A stretch of 64,000 bases of DNA from an uncultured Chloroflexota bacterium (GCA_947085195.1 CAMTVM010000030.1:337-64336); one strand, 5' to 3'. Positions 35,451 through 44,571 are shown, numbered from the stretch's first letter. Numbers and translations are program-made. The notes: a model not told the origin generated them from the sequence alone.

Positions 35451-36493
35451 CCGAGTCGCTCCCGGCGCGACCGGAGGATGGCCAGGAAGAACGGGCCGCC
35501 GGCGGCCGCGGTGACGACCCCCACCGGCAGGGTGCCGTCCGAGAGCGCCGTCCGCGCGAGCAGGTCCGCGATCGCCAGGAACGCGGCGCCGCTGAGCGCG
35601 GACAGCACGACGAGCCTGCGGTGCGCCGGTCCCACGAGCATCCGGACGACGTGCGGCGCCACCAGGCCCACGAAGCCGATCAGCCCGGCGGCGGAGACCG
35701 CCGCCGCGGTCACCAGCGAGGCCAGCAGGACCACGGCAAGCTTGGTGGCCTCGACGCGCAGGCCCATCGCCCGGGCGGCCTCCTCGTCGAGCTGGAGCAG
35801 GTCCAGCGCCGGGCCAAGTGCGACCAGGCCGATCGCGCCGATGAGCACGGGCAGGGCGACCCGGCCCACCAGGGGCCAGTCGGCGGCGTTGAAGCCGCCC
35901 AGGAGCCACGCGTAGGCAACGAAGATCCGGTCGCCGTTGGAGAACAGCAGGTAGGAGCTGATCGCGCCGCCGATCGCCGCCACGGCCACCCCGGCCAGCA
36001 GCAGGGTCGCCACCGATGTCCTGCCGCCCCGGCGGGCGAGGCCGAGCGTGATGGTCACCGCGCTGATCGCCCCCGCGAACGCCGCCACCTGGACGATCCC
36101 CAGCGAGTAGAGGACGGGCCCGAGCCCCAGGGTGAGGGCGAGGATCGCGCCCACGCTGGCCCCGGACGAGACGCCCACGAGATACGGATCCGCGAGCGGG
36201 TTCCGGAACAGGCCCTGGAGCGCGGCGCCGGCCATCCCGAGCGCGGCGCCGGTCACCACGGCCAGCAGGACCCGCGGCAGACGGATGTCGAGGAGGATGG
36301 CCGACGCGGTGGGGTCGACGGTGGCGCCCCCGATGCCGAGCCGGGCGGCAAGGATCGCCAGCTGCTCCGCGGGCCCGATCGGGACCCGGCCGACCGCCAC
36401 CCCGCCCGCGACGCTCAGGACGAGCGCGGCTGCGAGGAAGGCGACGGCCAGGTCCGCCCGCCCGAACGTGGCGAACCACGCCGGGCGGGTCAT
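35447..36493 (-). CDS. btuC: FecCD-family ABC permease (cobalamin/siderophore type)
   Basis: About 9-10 TM segments with RLPRVLLAVVTGAALG and GLIGFVGLVAPH motifs. The start was set at the ATG at 36493. Confidence 0.8.
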   Translation of the reverse strand: MTRPAWFATFGRADLAVAFLAAALVLSVAGGVAVGRVPIGPAEQLAILAARLGIGGATVDPTASAILLDIRLPRVLLAVVTGAALGMAGAALQGLFRNPLADPYLVGVSSGASVGAILALTLGLGPVLYSLGIVQVAAFAGAISAVTITLGLARRGGRTSVATLLLAGVAVAAIGGAISSYLLFSNGDRIFVAYAWLLGGFNAADWPLVGRVALPVLIGAIGLVALGPALDLLQLDEEAARAMGLRVEATKLAVVLLASLVTAAAVSAAGLIGFVGLVAPHVVRMLVGPAHRRLVVLSALSGAAFLAIADLLARTALSDGTLPVGVVTAAAGGPFFLAILRSRRERLG

Positions 36494-36518
36494 CGAACGG
36501 GTTGCCACGGGGCGGTTC

Positions 36519-37493
36519 TCAGAACCGGTCCGGGTGGAGGATCCGGGCGATCTGCTCCAGCGCGTCCACGATCCGGGGCCCGGGGCGCGACCCGATGTCC
36601 GGGTCGAGGAAGACGATCCGGTCACCCTTCACTGCCGCAATGCCGGACCAGCCGGATCGCGCCCGCACGGCCTCCTCGGAGACGCCCGCCGCCTGGTCCG
36701 AGAGGATGATGACCTCGGGATCGGCCGCCACCACCTCCTCGGCGCTCAGCTGCGGGTAGGCCGTGGTGGCACCGCCCGCGATGTTGGTGCCGCCTGCGCG
36801 ACGGATCAGGTCGTCGATGAACGTCCCGGGTCCGGCCGTGTACAGGGTGGGATCGATCTCGTAGAACACGCTGACGGGATCGGCGCCCGCAACGGCCTGT
36901 TCGACCGCCGCCACTCGGCCCCGGAGCGAATCGACCAGGGTCTCGGCCTGGTCGCGCCGCCCGGTCGCCTCACCCAGCAGCAGGAGGTCTGCGTACACCC
37001 CCTCGATGTTGCTCGCGTCGAACACGATCGCCGGGATCCCCTGCGCCTCGAGGGCGGGGACGATCTCGGCCAGGTGGACGCTCGTGACCAGCACCACGTC
37101 CGGCCTGGCGCCGACGATCGCCTCGAGATCGGGGTCGATGTAGCTGCCGATCGAGGCCTTCGAGGTCGCCTCGGGCGGGTAGTTGGAGTACTCGTCGACC
37201 GCCACGACCGTGTCGCCCAGCCCGAGGGCGAAGGCGAGCTCGGTGACGCTGGGGGCCGCCGTGACGATCCGGAGCGGTGCTGCCGTGAGCGTGACCGATC
37301 GACCGGCGTCGTCGACGATCGTGACCGGTGCGGCGCTCGGGGCCATCGTGGGCGCGGCCGTCGGGGCGGCCGTCGCGGCCGGGGTCGGCGGCGGCGTCGC
37401 GGGGACGGTTGCGGACGGGGTTACCGGGGCGCTGGCGCAGGCGCCCAGGACGACGGCGAGCGCGAGCGACAGGGACAGGAGCGCGCGTTGCAT
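36519..37493 (-). CDS. btuF: Periplasmic-binding-protein type-8 lipoprotein (cobalamin/siderophore SBP)
   Basis: MQRALLSLSLALAVVLGAC lipobox, a PT-rich linker, then RIVTAAPSVTELAFALG...DPEVIIL. GAGGAGG lies 7 nt upstream of the ATG at 37493. Confidence 0.75.
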   Translation of the reverse strand: MQRALLSLSLALAVVLGACASAPVTPSATVPATPPPTPAATAAPTAAPTMAPSAAPVTIVDDAGRSVTLTAAPLRIVTAAPSVTELAFALGLGDTVVAVDEYSNYPPEATSKASIGSYIDPDLEAIVGARPDVVLVTSVHLAEIVPALEAQGIPAIVFDASNIEGVYADLLLLGEATGRRDQAETLVDSLRGRVAAVEQAVAGADPVSVFYEIDPTLYTAGPGTFIDDLIRRAGGTNIAGGATTAYPQLSAEEVVAADPEVIILSDQAAGVSEEAVRARSGWSGIAAVKGDRIVFLDPDIGSRPGPRIVDALEQIARILHPDRF

Positions 37494-37560
37494 CTGGTGA
37501 CCTCCTCGGGTGACGGCGACCGGTTTCGATGTCGCTGCAGCCCCGAGGAGGGCGGAGGGC

Positions 37561-37598
37561 AATGAAAGACCCTCGCCCTGACGGAGTGGGACGAGGGT
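37561..37598 (-). terminator. Candidate riboswitch expression-platform terminator (7-bp GC stem ACCCTCG/CGAGGGT followed by CTTTCATT)
   Basis: The minus-strand read is accctcg-tcccactccgtcaggg-cgagggt-ctttcatt. It lies between the aptamer and the btuF RBS. Confidence 0.45.
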
Positions 37599-37655
37599 GG
37601 TCCGCGCCCTGCGCGGAACGCCTGCGCCTCTTCTCTCGAAGGCTCAGCGTGGATC

Positions 37656-37780
37656 CGACAGGGGCCGGTGACCTGGCTCCCACTCAGGGTCGAGTGGATA
37701 CAGTTGCGGGACAGCGCCGGTATCGCACCGGCTTCCCCGTTTGAGTCTCATCCGGCGGGCGGACGGGACTACCCCTGTCG
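37656..37780 (-). promoter_or_regulatory. Cobalamin (AdoCbl) riboswitch aptamer
   Basis: The minus strand reads cgacagggg...GGGAAGCCGGTGCGATACCGGCGCTGTCCCGCAACTGT...GAGCCAGGTCACCGGCCcctgtcg. This gives a 9-bp P1, the conserved GGGAA/GGTG/CCCGCAACTGT core and the B12 box (AGCCAGGtcACCgGCC). Confidence 0.9.
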
Positions 37781-37869
37781 TTATTCGTTCTGGAGTTGCG
37801 ATCCTACCTGATCGCCGAGGCCCGAACACGGAGGATCCGCATGGTGGGCAGTGCTCGCGGTGGGCGGCG

Positions 37870-39360
37870 GTGAAGCGCATCGCCCCCTGCCTGATGGTGG
37901 TCGGCTCGGCCTCGGACGTCGGCAAGAGCGTCATCGCGACCGCGCTATGCCGCGTGCTGGCGGAGGAGGGTCTCCGCGTGGCGCCGTTCAAGGCGCAGAA
38001 CATGTCGCTCAACGCCGCCGTGACCCCGGACGGGCGCGAGATCGGCCGGGCGCAGGCGGCGCAGGCAGAGGCGGCCGGGATCCCCGCCCGGGTCGAGATG
38101 AACCCGCTGCTCCTGAAGCCGGAGCAGGGCGGACGGAGCCAGCTCGTCGTCCTCGGCCGGTCGGTCGGCAGCCTCGAGGCCACCGACTACTGGCGCAGGC
38201 GGACCGGCGTCTGGCCCGTGGTCACCGGCGCGTTGCGGACCCTCCGGCGTGAGTTCGACGTCGTCGTCATCGAGGGGGCCGGGGGAGCGGCAGAGCTGAA
38301 CCTGCGCCACGCGGACGTCGCCAACATGCGCCTTGCCGTGCACGCCCGGGCCTCGGTCATCCTGGTCGGCGACATCGAGCGAGGCGGGATCTTCGCCCAG
38401 CTCCTGGGAACCCTGGACCTCCTGCCGCCGAGGGAACGACGACTCGTCCGGGGTCTTCTCGTCAACAGGTTCCGCGGCGACCCGGCCCTGTTCGCGCCCG
38501 GCGTCGCGATCCTCGAGCGGCGCTCGGGACTGCCCGTCCTCGGCGTCCTCCCCTACGCCGAGGATCTCGCGGTGCCAGCCGAGGACTCGCTCGCCCTCGA
38601 CCGCCCGCCGGCCGGCTCGGTCGACGGACCCGACATCGCCGTCGTCCGCTACCCGCACGTGAGCAACTTCGACGATCTCGAGGCACTCGCGGCGGCCGGC
38701 GCACGAGTCCGCTTCGTCCGACGGGCGGCCGAGCTCGGCGTGCCGGACCTCGTCGTCCTGCCAGGGAGCAAGACGACGATCGGTGACCTCGACTGGCTCC
38801 GGGCGAGGGGGATCGGCGCCCGCCTGCGGGCCCTCGCCGACGCCGGGGTGCCGATCCTGGGGATCTGCGGCGGTTTCCAGATGCTCGGGCTGACGGTCGC
38901 TGATCCGGCAGGCGCGGAGGGGCCGCCGGGGACGGTTCGCGGCCTGGGGCTGCTCGATGTCGAGACGGTCTTCACGCCGACGAAACGCACGGTCCCGGTG
39001 GCGGGCCGGTTGACGGGCGAGACGTTCCTCGGCTCGACGGGGACCGAGGTCGGTGGCTACGAGCTCCATCTCGGCGAGACGCGCCGGCGGGGCGCGCGAC
39101 CGTTCGCCGATCTCCGTCGTGAGCCGTCCGGGGGACGAGTGCTCGACGGTGCCGTGAGCGCGGACGGCCATGTCGTCGGCACGTACGTCCACGGCCTGTT
39201 CGCCAACGGCGCAGTCCGGAGCGCGCTCTTCGCGCATCTCGGGGAACGCCGTGGTGGCCTCCACCCGGCGCAGCCACTCGGCGACGACCGGTACGCCGCG
39301 CTGTCCGCGTGGCTCCGTGCCGGTGTCGATGTCGCGAAGATCGCCGCCTGGCTTCGCTGA
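37870..39360 (+). CDS. cobQ: Cobyric acid synthase
   Basis: MVVGSASDVGKS, FKAQNMSLNA, the NPLLLKP motif and a GATase-3 C-terminal half (ILGICGGFQMLG, GYELHLG). The start is the GTG at 37870 or the ATG at 37894. The 37741 ATG was rejected because it lies antisense to the riboswitch. Confidence 0.85.
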   Translation: MKRIAPCLMVVGSASDVGKSVIATALCRVLAEEGLRVAPFKAQNMSLNAAVTPDGREIGRAQAAQAEAAGIPARVEMNPLLLKPEQGGRSQLVVLGRSVGSLEATDYWRRRTGVWPVVTGALRTLRREFDVVVIEGAGGAAELNLRHADVANMRLAVHARASVILVGDIERGGIFAQLLGTLDLLPPRERRLVRGLLVNRFRGDPALFAPGVAILERRSGLPVLGVLPYAEDLAVPAEDSLALDRPPAGSVDGPDIAVVRYPHVSNFDDLEALAAAGARVRFVRRAAELGVPDLVVLPGSKTTIGDLDWLRARGIGARLRALADAGVPILGICGGFQMLGLTVADPAGAEGPPGTVRGLGLLDVETVFTPTKRTVPVAGRLTGETFLGSTGTEVGGYELHLGETRRRGARPFADLRREPSGGRVLDGAVSADGHVVGTYVHGLFANGAVRSALFAHLGERRGGLHPAQPLGDDRYAALSAWLRAGVDVAKIAAWLR

Positions 39361-39605
39361 TTCGAGAGACCCGGTACGTTGACCGGAACGTTGGCGTGGA
39401 ACAGGGCGGGGTCGTCGGACTGCCCGTCGCCCCAGCACCTGACTCCGCCGGTGTGCCTGAGTGCACACGTTCGGCGAATGACGCGCCGTCATGACACCGC
39501 CGATTCGAGGCGCGACAGTGGCAGACGGCTCCGGAGTGCGCGCTGACTTGCAGCAACGTGCTCCGGAGGCGGACCGATGGCCGAACCCGTCCTGCTCTCG
39601 GCAGC

Positions 39606-40055
39606 ATGGTCATCACGCTCGCGGTCGGCATGCTCGCCGCGGGACCGGCTGCGTTGGCGGCAAGGCCGGCGACGGTCGGGTTCGGGACCGCGGCGGCCTT
39701 CGCGGGCGCTCGTGGGGACCCCGGCGGTCACCAACACAGGTCTGACGACCATCACCGGTGACCTGGGAACGTGACGGTTGACGGCCGGGTGCTGGCCAGG
39801 AACGGCGGGGTGACCCTGATCAACGACACGATCACCAGGTCCACCTGCTCGCCACCCACGCCGACGGCCGCGCCGACGGCAGCGCCGGGAGGATCGGCCA
39901 CGCCGATCACCCCTCCGGCGACCGACACAGCAGCGACAACCGACCCACGAGGATCCCGGTCGATCCCGGCCCTGTTGCTCGTCGCGATCTTCGTCCTCGC
40001 TGGCGCTGTCCTCCTTGTGCGTCGGCCGTCCCGTCCCGCGATCCGCACCCGCTGA
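39606..40055 (+). pseudogene. Decayed DUF3494 (ice-binding-like) surface protein gene: termini retained, beta-solenoid core deleted, frameshifted
   Basis: Frame 0 reads MVITLAVGMLAAGPAALAA..FGTAAAFA. Frame +1 reads ALVGTPAVTNTGLTTITGDLGT followed by a stop. Frame 0 then reads VTVDGRVLARNGGVTLINDTIT, a PT-rich linker and a C-terminal TM. The two halves match the N- and C-terminal signature motifs of DUF3494. Confidence 0.5.
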
Positions 40056-40129
40056 GACTCCTTCCGCTCGACGGATCCGGTCCCGGGCGCCCGCGAGCCG
40101 TGCACGCAGGCGGGCGCGGGCGCGGGCGA

Positions 40130-40921
40130 TCAGTCCCGCGTCAGATCCTGCTCGTGCAGCGTGCGGGCCACCTCACAGGCGAACGCCGCCAGGCGCTCGA
40201 TGAGGTCGGCGCCGTGCTCGAACTGGGCCTCCGGATCGAACGCCTCGCCGCCCGACACGTGGCGGACGTGGTCCAGCATCACCGCCACGCCGCCCGCCCG
40301 CAGGCCCCAAACCCGGGCGAGGACGAAGATCAGGCTGGCCTCCATCTCGGCCGCGAGGACGTTCTGGCGGGCAAGGTCCTCGAAGTGGTCGCGCCACCAC
40401 GACTGCCAGTAGCCGGCGTACGACGAGCCCGGCTGCGCATGGCCCGCGTAGAACGCGTCCGCGCTGCGCGTGAGCCCCACGTGATGACGGATGCCCATCG
40501 CCTTCGCGGCGGCGATCGCCGCGGTGACGACCTCGTGGTGGGCGACGGCCGGGAACTCGATGGGGGCATACAGGCGCGACGCGCCCTCGAGACGGACGGC
40601 CCCGTCGAAGATGGCCATGTCGCCGATCCGGACGTGGTCCTGGAACGTGCCGGCAGTCCCCACGCGGATGAAGGTCCGGGCCCCGCAGCGGGCCAGCTCC
40701 TCCATGGCGATGGACGTGGACGGGGCGCCGATGCCCGTGGAGGTGCAGCTGATGGGGGTGCCGCGGTAGACGCCCGTGTACGTGACGTACTCCCGGTTGG
40801 TGGCGACGTGTCGAGCTGCGTCCCAGTGCGAGGCGATGATCGGGACGCGGCCGGGGTCGCCGGGCAGGAGGACGATCGGGGCGATGTCGCCCTCATCGAT
40901 GGCGAGGTGGTACTGCGGCAT
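40130..40921 (-). CDS. Nucleoside phosphorylase (PNP/UDP family 1, uridine-phosphorylase-like)
   Basis: STGIGAPSTSIAMEEL, FIRVGTAGT and AAEMEAS motifs. The start was set at the ATG at 40921, preceded by GGAGGA. Confidence 0.8.
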   Translation of the reverse strand: MPQYHLAIDEGDIAPIVLLPGDPGRVPIIASHWDAARHVATNREYVTYTGVYRGTPISCTSTGIGAPSTSIAMEELARCGARTFIRVGTAGTFQDHVRIGDMAIFDGAVRLEGASRLYAPIEFPAVAHHEVVTAAIAAAKAMGIRHHVGLTRSADAFYAGHAQPGSSYAGYWQSWWRDHFEDLARQNVLAAEMEASLIFVLARVWGLRAGGVAVMLDHVRHVSGGEAFDPEAQFEHGADLIERLAAFACEVARTLHEQDLTRD

Positions 40922-40983
40922 CGGGTCCTCCGGGATCGCGGGGGCGTGCTGGGCTCCCGGCAACGGTACCGCCCCGCGGGGGG

Positions 40984-42540
40984 TCAGACCGCGCGGCGCC
41001 GGCGGGCGTGCACCGCGTCGTGGAGCTCGGCCGTGGTCCGCCCGCCGAAGGCGCGTTCCGCCGCCGACTGGCGCCCGCCCGTCAGCACATCCACCGCGAG
41101 ACCGGGGACGAACCCGTCCGCATCGTCGTGATCGTGGTCGTGAGCCTCGGGCGCCCACGGGACCCCGGCCGGGAAGAGGAGCGCGAACATCCCCACCAGT
41201 TCCGGGTCGAACTGGACGCCGGCCTGCCGGCGCAACTCGGCGATCGCCTCGTCGTGGTTGATGGCGGCGCGGTACGGGCGGCCGCCGACCATCGCCTCGT
41301 AGGCGTCCACGATGGACACGATCCGGGCGCCGATCGGGATCTCCGCGCCGGCCAGGCCGTGCGGGTAGCCGCGTCCGTCGTACCACTCGTGATGGTGGAG
41401 CACGATCGTTGCCGCGTCGCGCAGGGCGCCCGCCTGCTCGAGGACGACCTGGCCGATCTTGGGATGCTCCGCCACGACCCGCCACTCGGAGGCGGCGAGG
41501 TCGCCGGGCTTCTCCAGGATCTCGTCGGGGATGGCCAGCTTGCCGAGGTCGTGCAGAAGGCTGGCGGTCCGGATCCGCTCGATCTCGCCTTGGGGCAGGC
41601 CGATGGAGCGCGCCAGTGCCACGGAGGCCTCGGCGATCAGGTGGGAGGGCCTGCCGGCCCACGATGCCTTGCCGACGAGCGACCGAAGGAGCGCGTCCTG
41701 GGCTGCCGCCATGGCCGCCCGACCCACGTCGAGCGCTTGCGAGCGGGCCTCCGAGCGGATCGGCGAGCGGCGGACCGTGTCGCCCTCGCCTGTCTCGCGG
41801 AACACGTAGACCTGGTCCCGCCCCAGCGCCTTGGCGGCGTACAGCGCGGCGTCCGCGTCGCTGACCAGCGCCGCCGACCGCAGGACTGCACCATGTCCCC
41901 CGGCGACCCCCGCGGACATGGTGATCGACAGCTGCTCCCCGTCCGGCGTCCGGACCGTGCTGCTTCCGATGATCCGGCGCAGCTTCTCGGCGAGCGCTGC
42001 CGCCACGTCCGCGTCCGTCTCGGGCAGGACGAGCAGAAACTCCTCCCCCCCGTACCGGCCGGCCAGGTCCACCGCTCGAACGTTGTCGTTGAGCAGCTGC
42101 GCGACGTGACGGAGGACGAGGTCGCCGGTCGCATGGCCGTGGGTGTCGTTCAGGCGCTTGAAGTGGTCGAGGTCCACGAGCACCACCGAGAGCGGGCGTT
42201 CGTAGCGTGTCGCACGGCCGATCTCCGCGTCCACGCGGGTGAGCACCGCCTGCCGGTTCGCGATGCCTGTGAGCTGGTCCACGGTGGCCAGCCGCCACGT
42301 GTCGGCGACGCGGTCGGCAAGGCCCCGGAAGGCCGCCCGGAGGCGGGGGTCGGCGATGCAACCCGGGTCGATGGAGACCAGCGCCCCCTCGTCCGCCGCG
42401 TCCCGGAGACGCTCGGCCAGCAGGGCGACCCTGCGGTTCTGGCGACGCACCACGAGCGCGGCAAACCCGGCCGACCCGGCCAGGGCGCCGAGCAGCGCGA
42501 CGGCGAGCGCGATGATGAGGACCTGGGTCACGGGTTCCAC
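40984..42540 (-). CDS. Membrane-anchored GGDEF diguanylate cyclase fused to HD-GYP phosphodiesterase domain
   Basis: N-terminal TM. It has RAVD (I-site) followed 5 residues later by GGEEF, then HDLGKL and HHEWYDGRGYP. GTG start. Confidence 0.85.
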   Translation of the reverse strand: MEPVTQVLIIALAVALLGALAGSAGFAALVVRRQNRRVALLAERLRDAADEGALVSIDPGCIADPRLRAAFRGLADRVADTWRLATVDQLTGIANRQAVLTRVDAEIGRATRYERPLSVVLVDLDHFKRLNDTHGHATGDLVLRHVAQLLNDNVRAVDLAGRYGGEEFLLVLPETDADVAAALAEKLRRIIGSSTVRTPDGEQLSITMSAGVAGGHGAVLRSAALVSDADAALYAAKALGRDQVYVFRETGEGDTVRRSPIRSEARSQALDVGRAAMAAAQDALLRSLVGKASWAGRPSHLIAEASVALARSIGLPQGEIERIRTASLLHDLGKLAIPDEILEKPGDLAASEWRVVAEHPKIGQVVLEQAGALRDAATIVLHHHEWYDGRGYPHGLAGAEIPIGARIVSIVDAYEAMVGGRPYRAAINHDEAIAELRRQAGVQFDPELVGMFALLFPAGVPWAPEAHDHDHDDADGFVPGLAVDVLTGGRQSAAERAFGGRTTAELHDAVHARRRRAV

Positions 42541-42740
42541 GTGGGCGGACTCGCTCGTGCGGTGGCGATGCGGCCCCGAGCGGCCACACCTGCACCCAGC
42601 AGGCTACGCCCCCGCCGGTGCAGTGCCATGGGGCGATGGTCCCACGGCAGTCAGGGGACCTCGCCCGGTTCCCGCGCGCACCGCGCGGGGGACGCACGGG
42701 TCATGGCCCAAAGGTCCCGGTGCGGTCCTGCCGTGCCGGG

Positions 42741-43520
42741 TCAGCGCTGGGGTTCATCCCCGATGACCTCGCCGCGCGCGAGCTCGTGCCCGTCGTCGTC
42801 GGCCAGCCGCCACGCCCACGCGTCGTCGCCCCCCGACGGCGCAGGCCAGGCGGTTCCGCGCAGGCGGGCGCCGGGCGCGGCCGCCGCCACGTACTCCAGT
42901 CGGACGCGTCGCGGGATCACGGCGAGCCGTGCCCGGCCGGACTCACCCGCGGCGTGGAACGCCTCCTCCAGGTAGTCCACGTAGGCGGCGTTGTTGACGT
43001 GCCCCATAGGATCCAGGTCCTGGGGCCGGACGGTCGCCCGGTGGGCGGCCGCGTCCGGCGGGGCCGGCGCAAGGGACACGCGACCCGGCTGGAACGCGCC
43101 CGGCGGGACGGCGAAGGCAGCAGGGAACTCGGCGGGGATACGCCCGGGCATGCCCCGGTGGTCCGTCATCACCCAGTCCGTGTGACCCCAGAGGGCGAGC
43201 GTGCCGTCATCGAGGCGCGCTTCCGTCCGCCGCCGCGCCCACACCCGTCGGAAACCCGTGACGGCGGTGGACACGGTGAGCGTGGCCCCCAGGAGCATCG
43301 GCGCGAGGATCGCCAGCTCGGCGGCGCGCACGACCCAGGCGAGGCCGCGGTCCGCATACCACCCGCGGTCGAAGCCCATGCGCTCGGAGTGCACCCAGGC
43401 GACGTCCTGGACGTAGCGGAGTAGCGAGGACGTGCGCACGATGCCGTCCGGGCCGCACTCGTCGAAGCGGATCCGGTATGGGACGGTGACCCCGGCGACG
43501 AACGGGCGGTCGCCGCTCAT
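42741..43520 (-). CDS. Acyl-ACP thioesterase (double hot-dog)
   Basis: YRIRFDECGPDG, LLRYVQDVAW, and a second hot-dog with DLDPMGHVNNAAY. The ATG at 43520 overlaps the upstream stop (ATGA). Confidence 0.75.
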   Translation of the reverse strand: MSGDRPFVAGVTVPYRIRFDECGPDGIVRTSSLLRYVQDVAWVHSERMGFDRGWYADRGLAWVVRAAELAILAPMLLGATLTVSTAVTGFRRVWARRRTEARLDDGTLALWGHTDWVMTDHRGMPGRIPAEFPAAFAVPPGAFQPGRVSLAPAPPDAAAHRATVRPQDLDPMGHVNNAAYVDYLEEAFHAAGESGRARLAVIPRRVRLEYVAAAAPGARLRGTAWPAPSGGDDAWAWRLADDDGHELARGEVIGDEPQR

Positions 43521-44203
43521 GCGGGCTTCCGCCCGGCCAGCCGGTCCAGGCCCTCCAGGGCGACCAGCTTCACGCTGTCCGGGGCGACCGGGCCCCGGAC
43601 CCGGACCAGGCGGACCTCGCACGAGCGCCGGGCGTCGAATACGACCAGCCCCGCGAGCAGCCGCTCGCCCTCGTCGGCCGCGCCTCGCCGCGCGTCATCG
43701 AGCTGGTGCAGGACGTCCGGCTTGATGCCGCGCGCGCCCCACTTGCAGTCCCATGCCTCACCGGCGCCCTCGCGCTCCACCGTCACGTCGTAGGGATGGA
43801 TCTCCGTAGGCCGTCCGTCGAACAGGATCCGGCGCTCCCGGCGGACCGGGCCGGTCCGGGCCGAAAGCAACCGCTCCGTGAGGGACTCCACGATGGCGCC
43901 CCGGAACTGGCTGCGTGTCTGGTCGCCTCGGTCCGCCACGAGCAGCGACACCTCCAGGACGGCCTCGGAACGGTCTCGGACCGGGTCGCCGGGAAGGGGA
44001 GCGGCCGGTCCGAAGAGGGTGGGGAAGATCGTCCGCCAGGTGGCCGGGTCGGGCGACTCCCCATTCATCACCGCCCGGGCCATGAGGCGCTGGGTCGTGT
44101 CGGCCTCGGCCAGGAGCCCGGCGGCGCGGGCGACGAGCGGGTCCGCCTGGATGTGGGCGTAGACCACGGCGCGGCCGTCGGGCCTGGCCTCCATGAACCG
44201 CAT
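43517..44203 (-). CDS. Hypothetical protein with putative PD-(D/E)xK-like core (IVESL ... HPYDV ... EAWDCKW)
   Basis: 228 aa with very high GC3 in this frame. It is translationally coupled on both sides. The nuclease-fold assignment rests on motif spacing only. Confidence 0.6.
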   Translation of the reverse strand: MRFMEARPDGRAVVYAHIQADPLVARAAGLLAEADTTQRLMARAVMNGESPDPATWRTIFPTLFGPAAPLPGDPVRDRSEAVLEVSLLVADRGDQTRSQFRGAIVESLTERLLSARTGPVRRERRILFDGRPTEIHPYDVTVEREGAGEAWDCKWGARGIKPDVLHQLDDARRGAADEGERLLAGLVVFDARRSCEVRLVRVRGPVAPDSVKLVALEGLDRLAGRKPA

Positions 44204-44502
44204 CAGGCGGGCTCATCGAAGGCCGCAAGGGTCACCTGCGGAAGGGTCGACAGCCAGTCGATAGCCCGGTGGGGGTCCGTGACGCGACCGGCCTCCTCAA
44301 CGAGCGCGGTCACCGCTTCGACGGTGCCGGGCGGCGCAGGCTCGGTGCCTCGGGCGTCGGCGACCGCGCGCAGGCGGGCTCGCCAGACGGTGCCCAGGTC
44401 GGTGACGTACTGGTATTCGTCCTCGATCGGCTCCGCCGTCACGGTCAGGACGTCGAAACCGGTGAGGGCGAGGGCGATCAGGTCGGCGATGGTGACAGGC
44501 AT
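44203..44502 (-). CDS. Hypothetical acidic 99-aa protein
   Basis: Non-junk composition (D/E/L/V/T rich), high GC3, and a stop overlapping the next start by 1 nt (TGATG). No family recognised. Confidence 0.55.
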   Translation of the reverse strand: MPVTIADLIALALTGFDVLTVTAEPIEDEYQYVTDLGTVWRARLRAVADARGTEPAPPGTVEAVTALVEEAGRVTDPHRAIDWLSTLPQVTLAAFDEPA

Positions 44503-44571
44503 CGCCCGCAGCGTACGCCGGGAGCCGGGATGGCGGGGGATCGTGACGCGCCCGTTCGGCGGTCGCGGGGA

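Noticed and set aside
37741-37869. ATG at 37741 as the cobQ start.
   Set aside because: This segment is the antisense of the cobalamin riboswitch aptamer and its promoter. The translated peptide is not CobQ-like. Conserved CobQ sequence begins at ...MVVGSASDVGKS.
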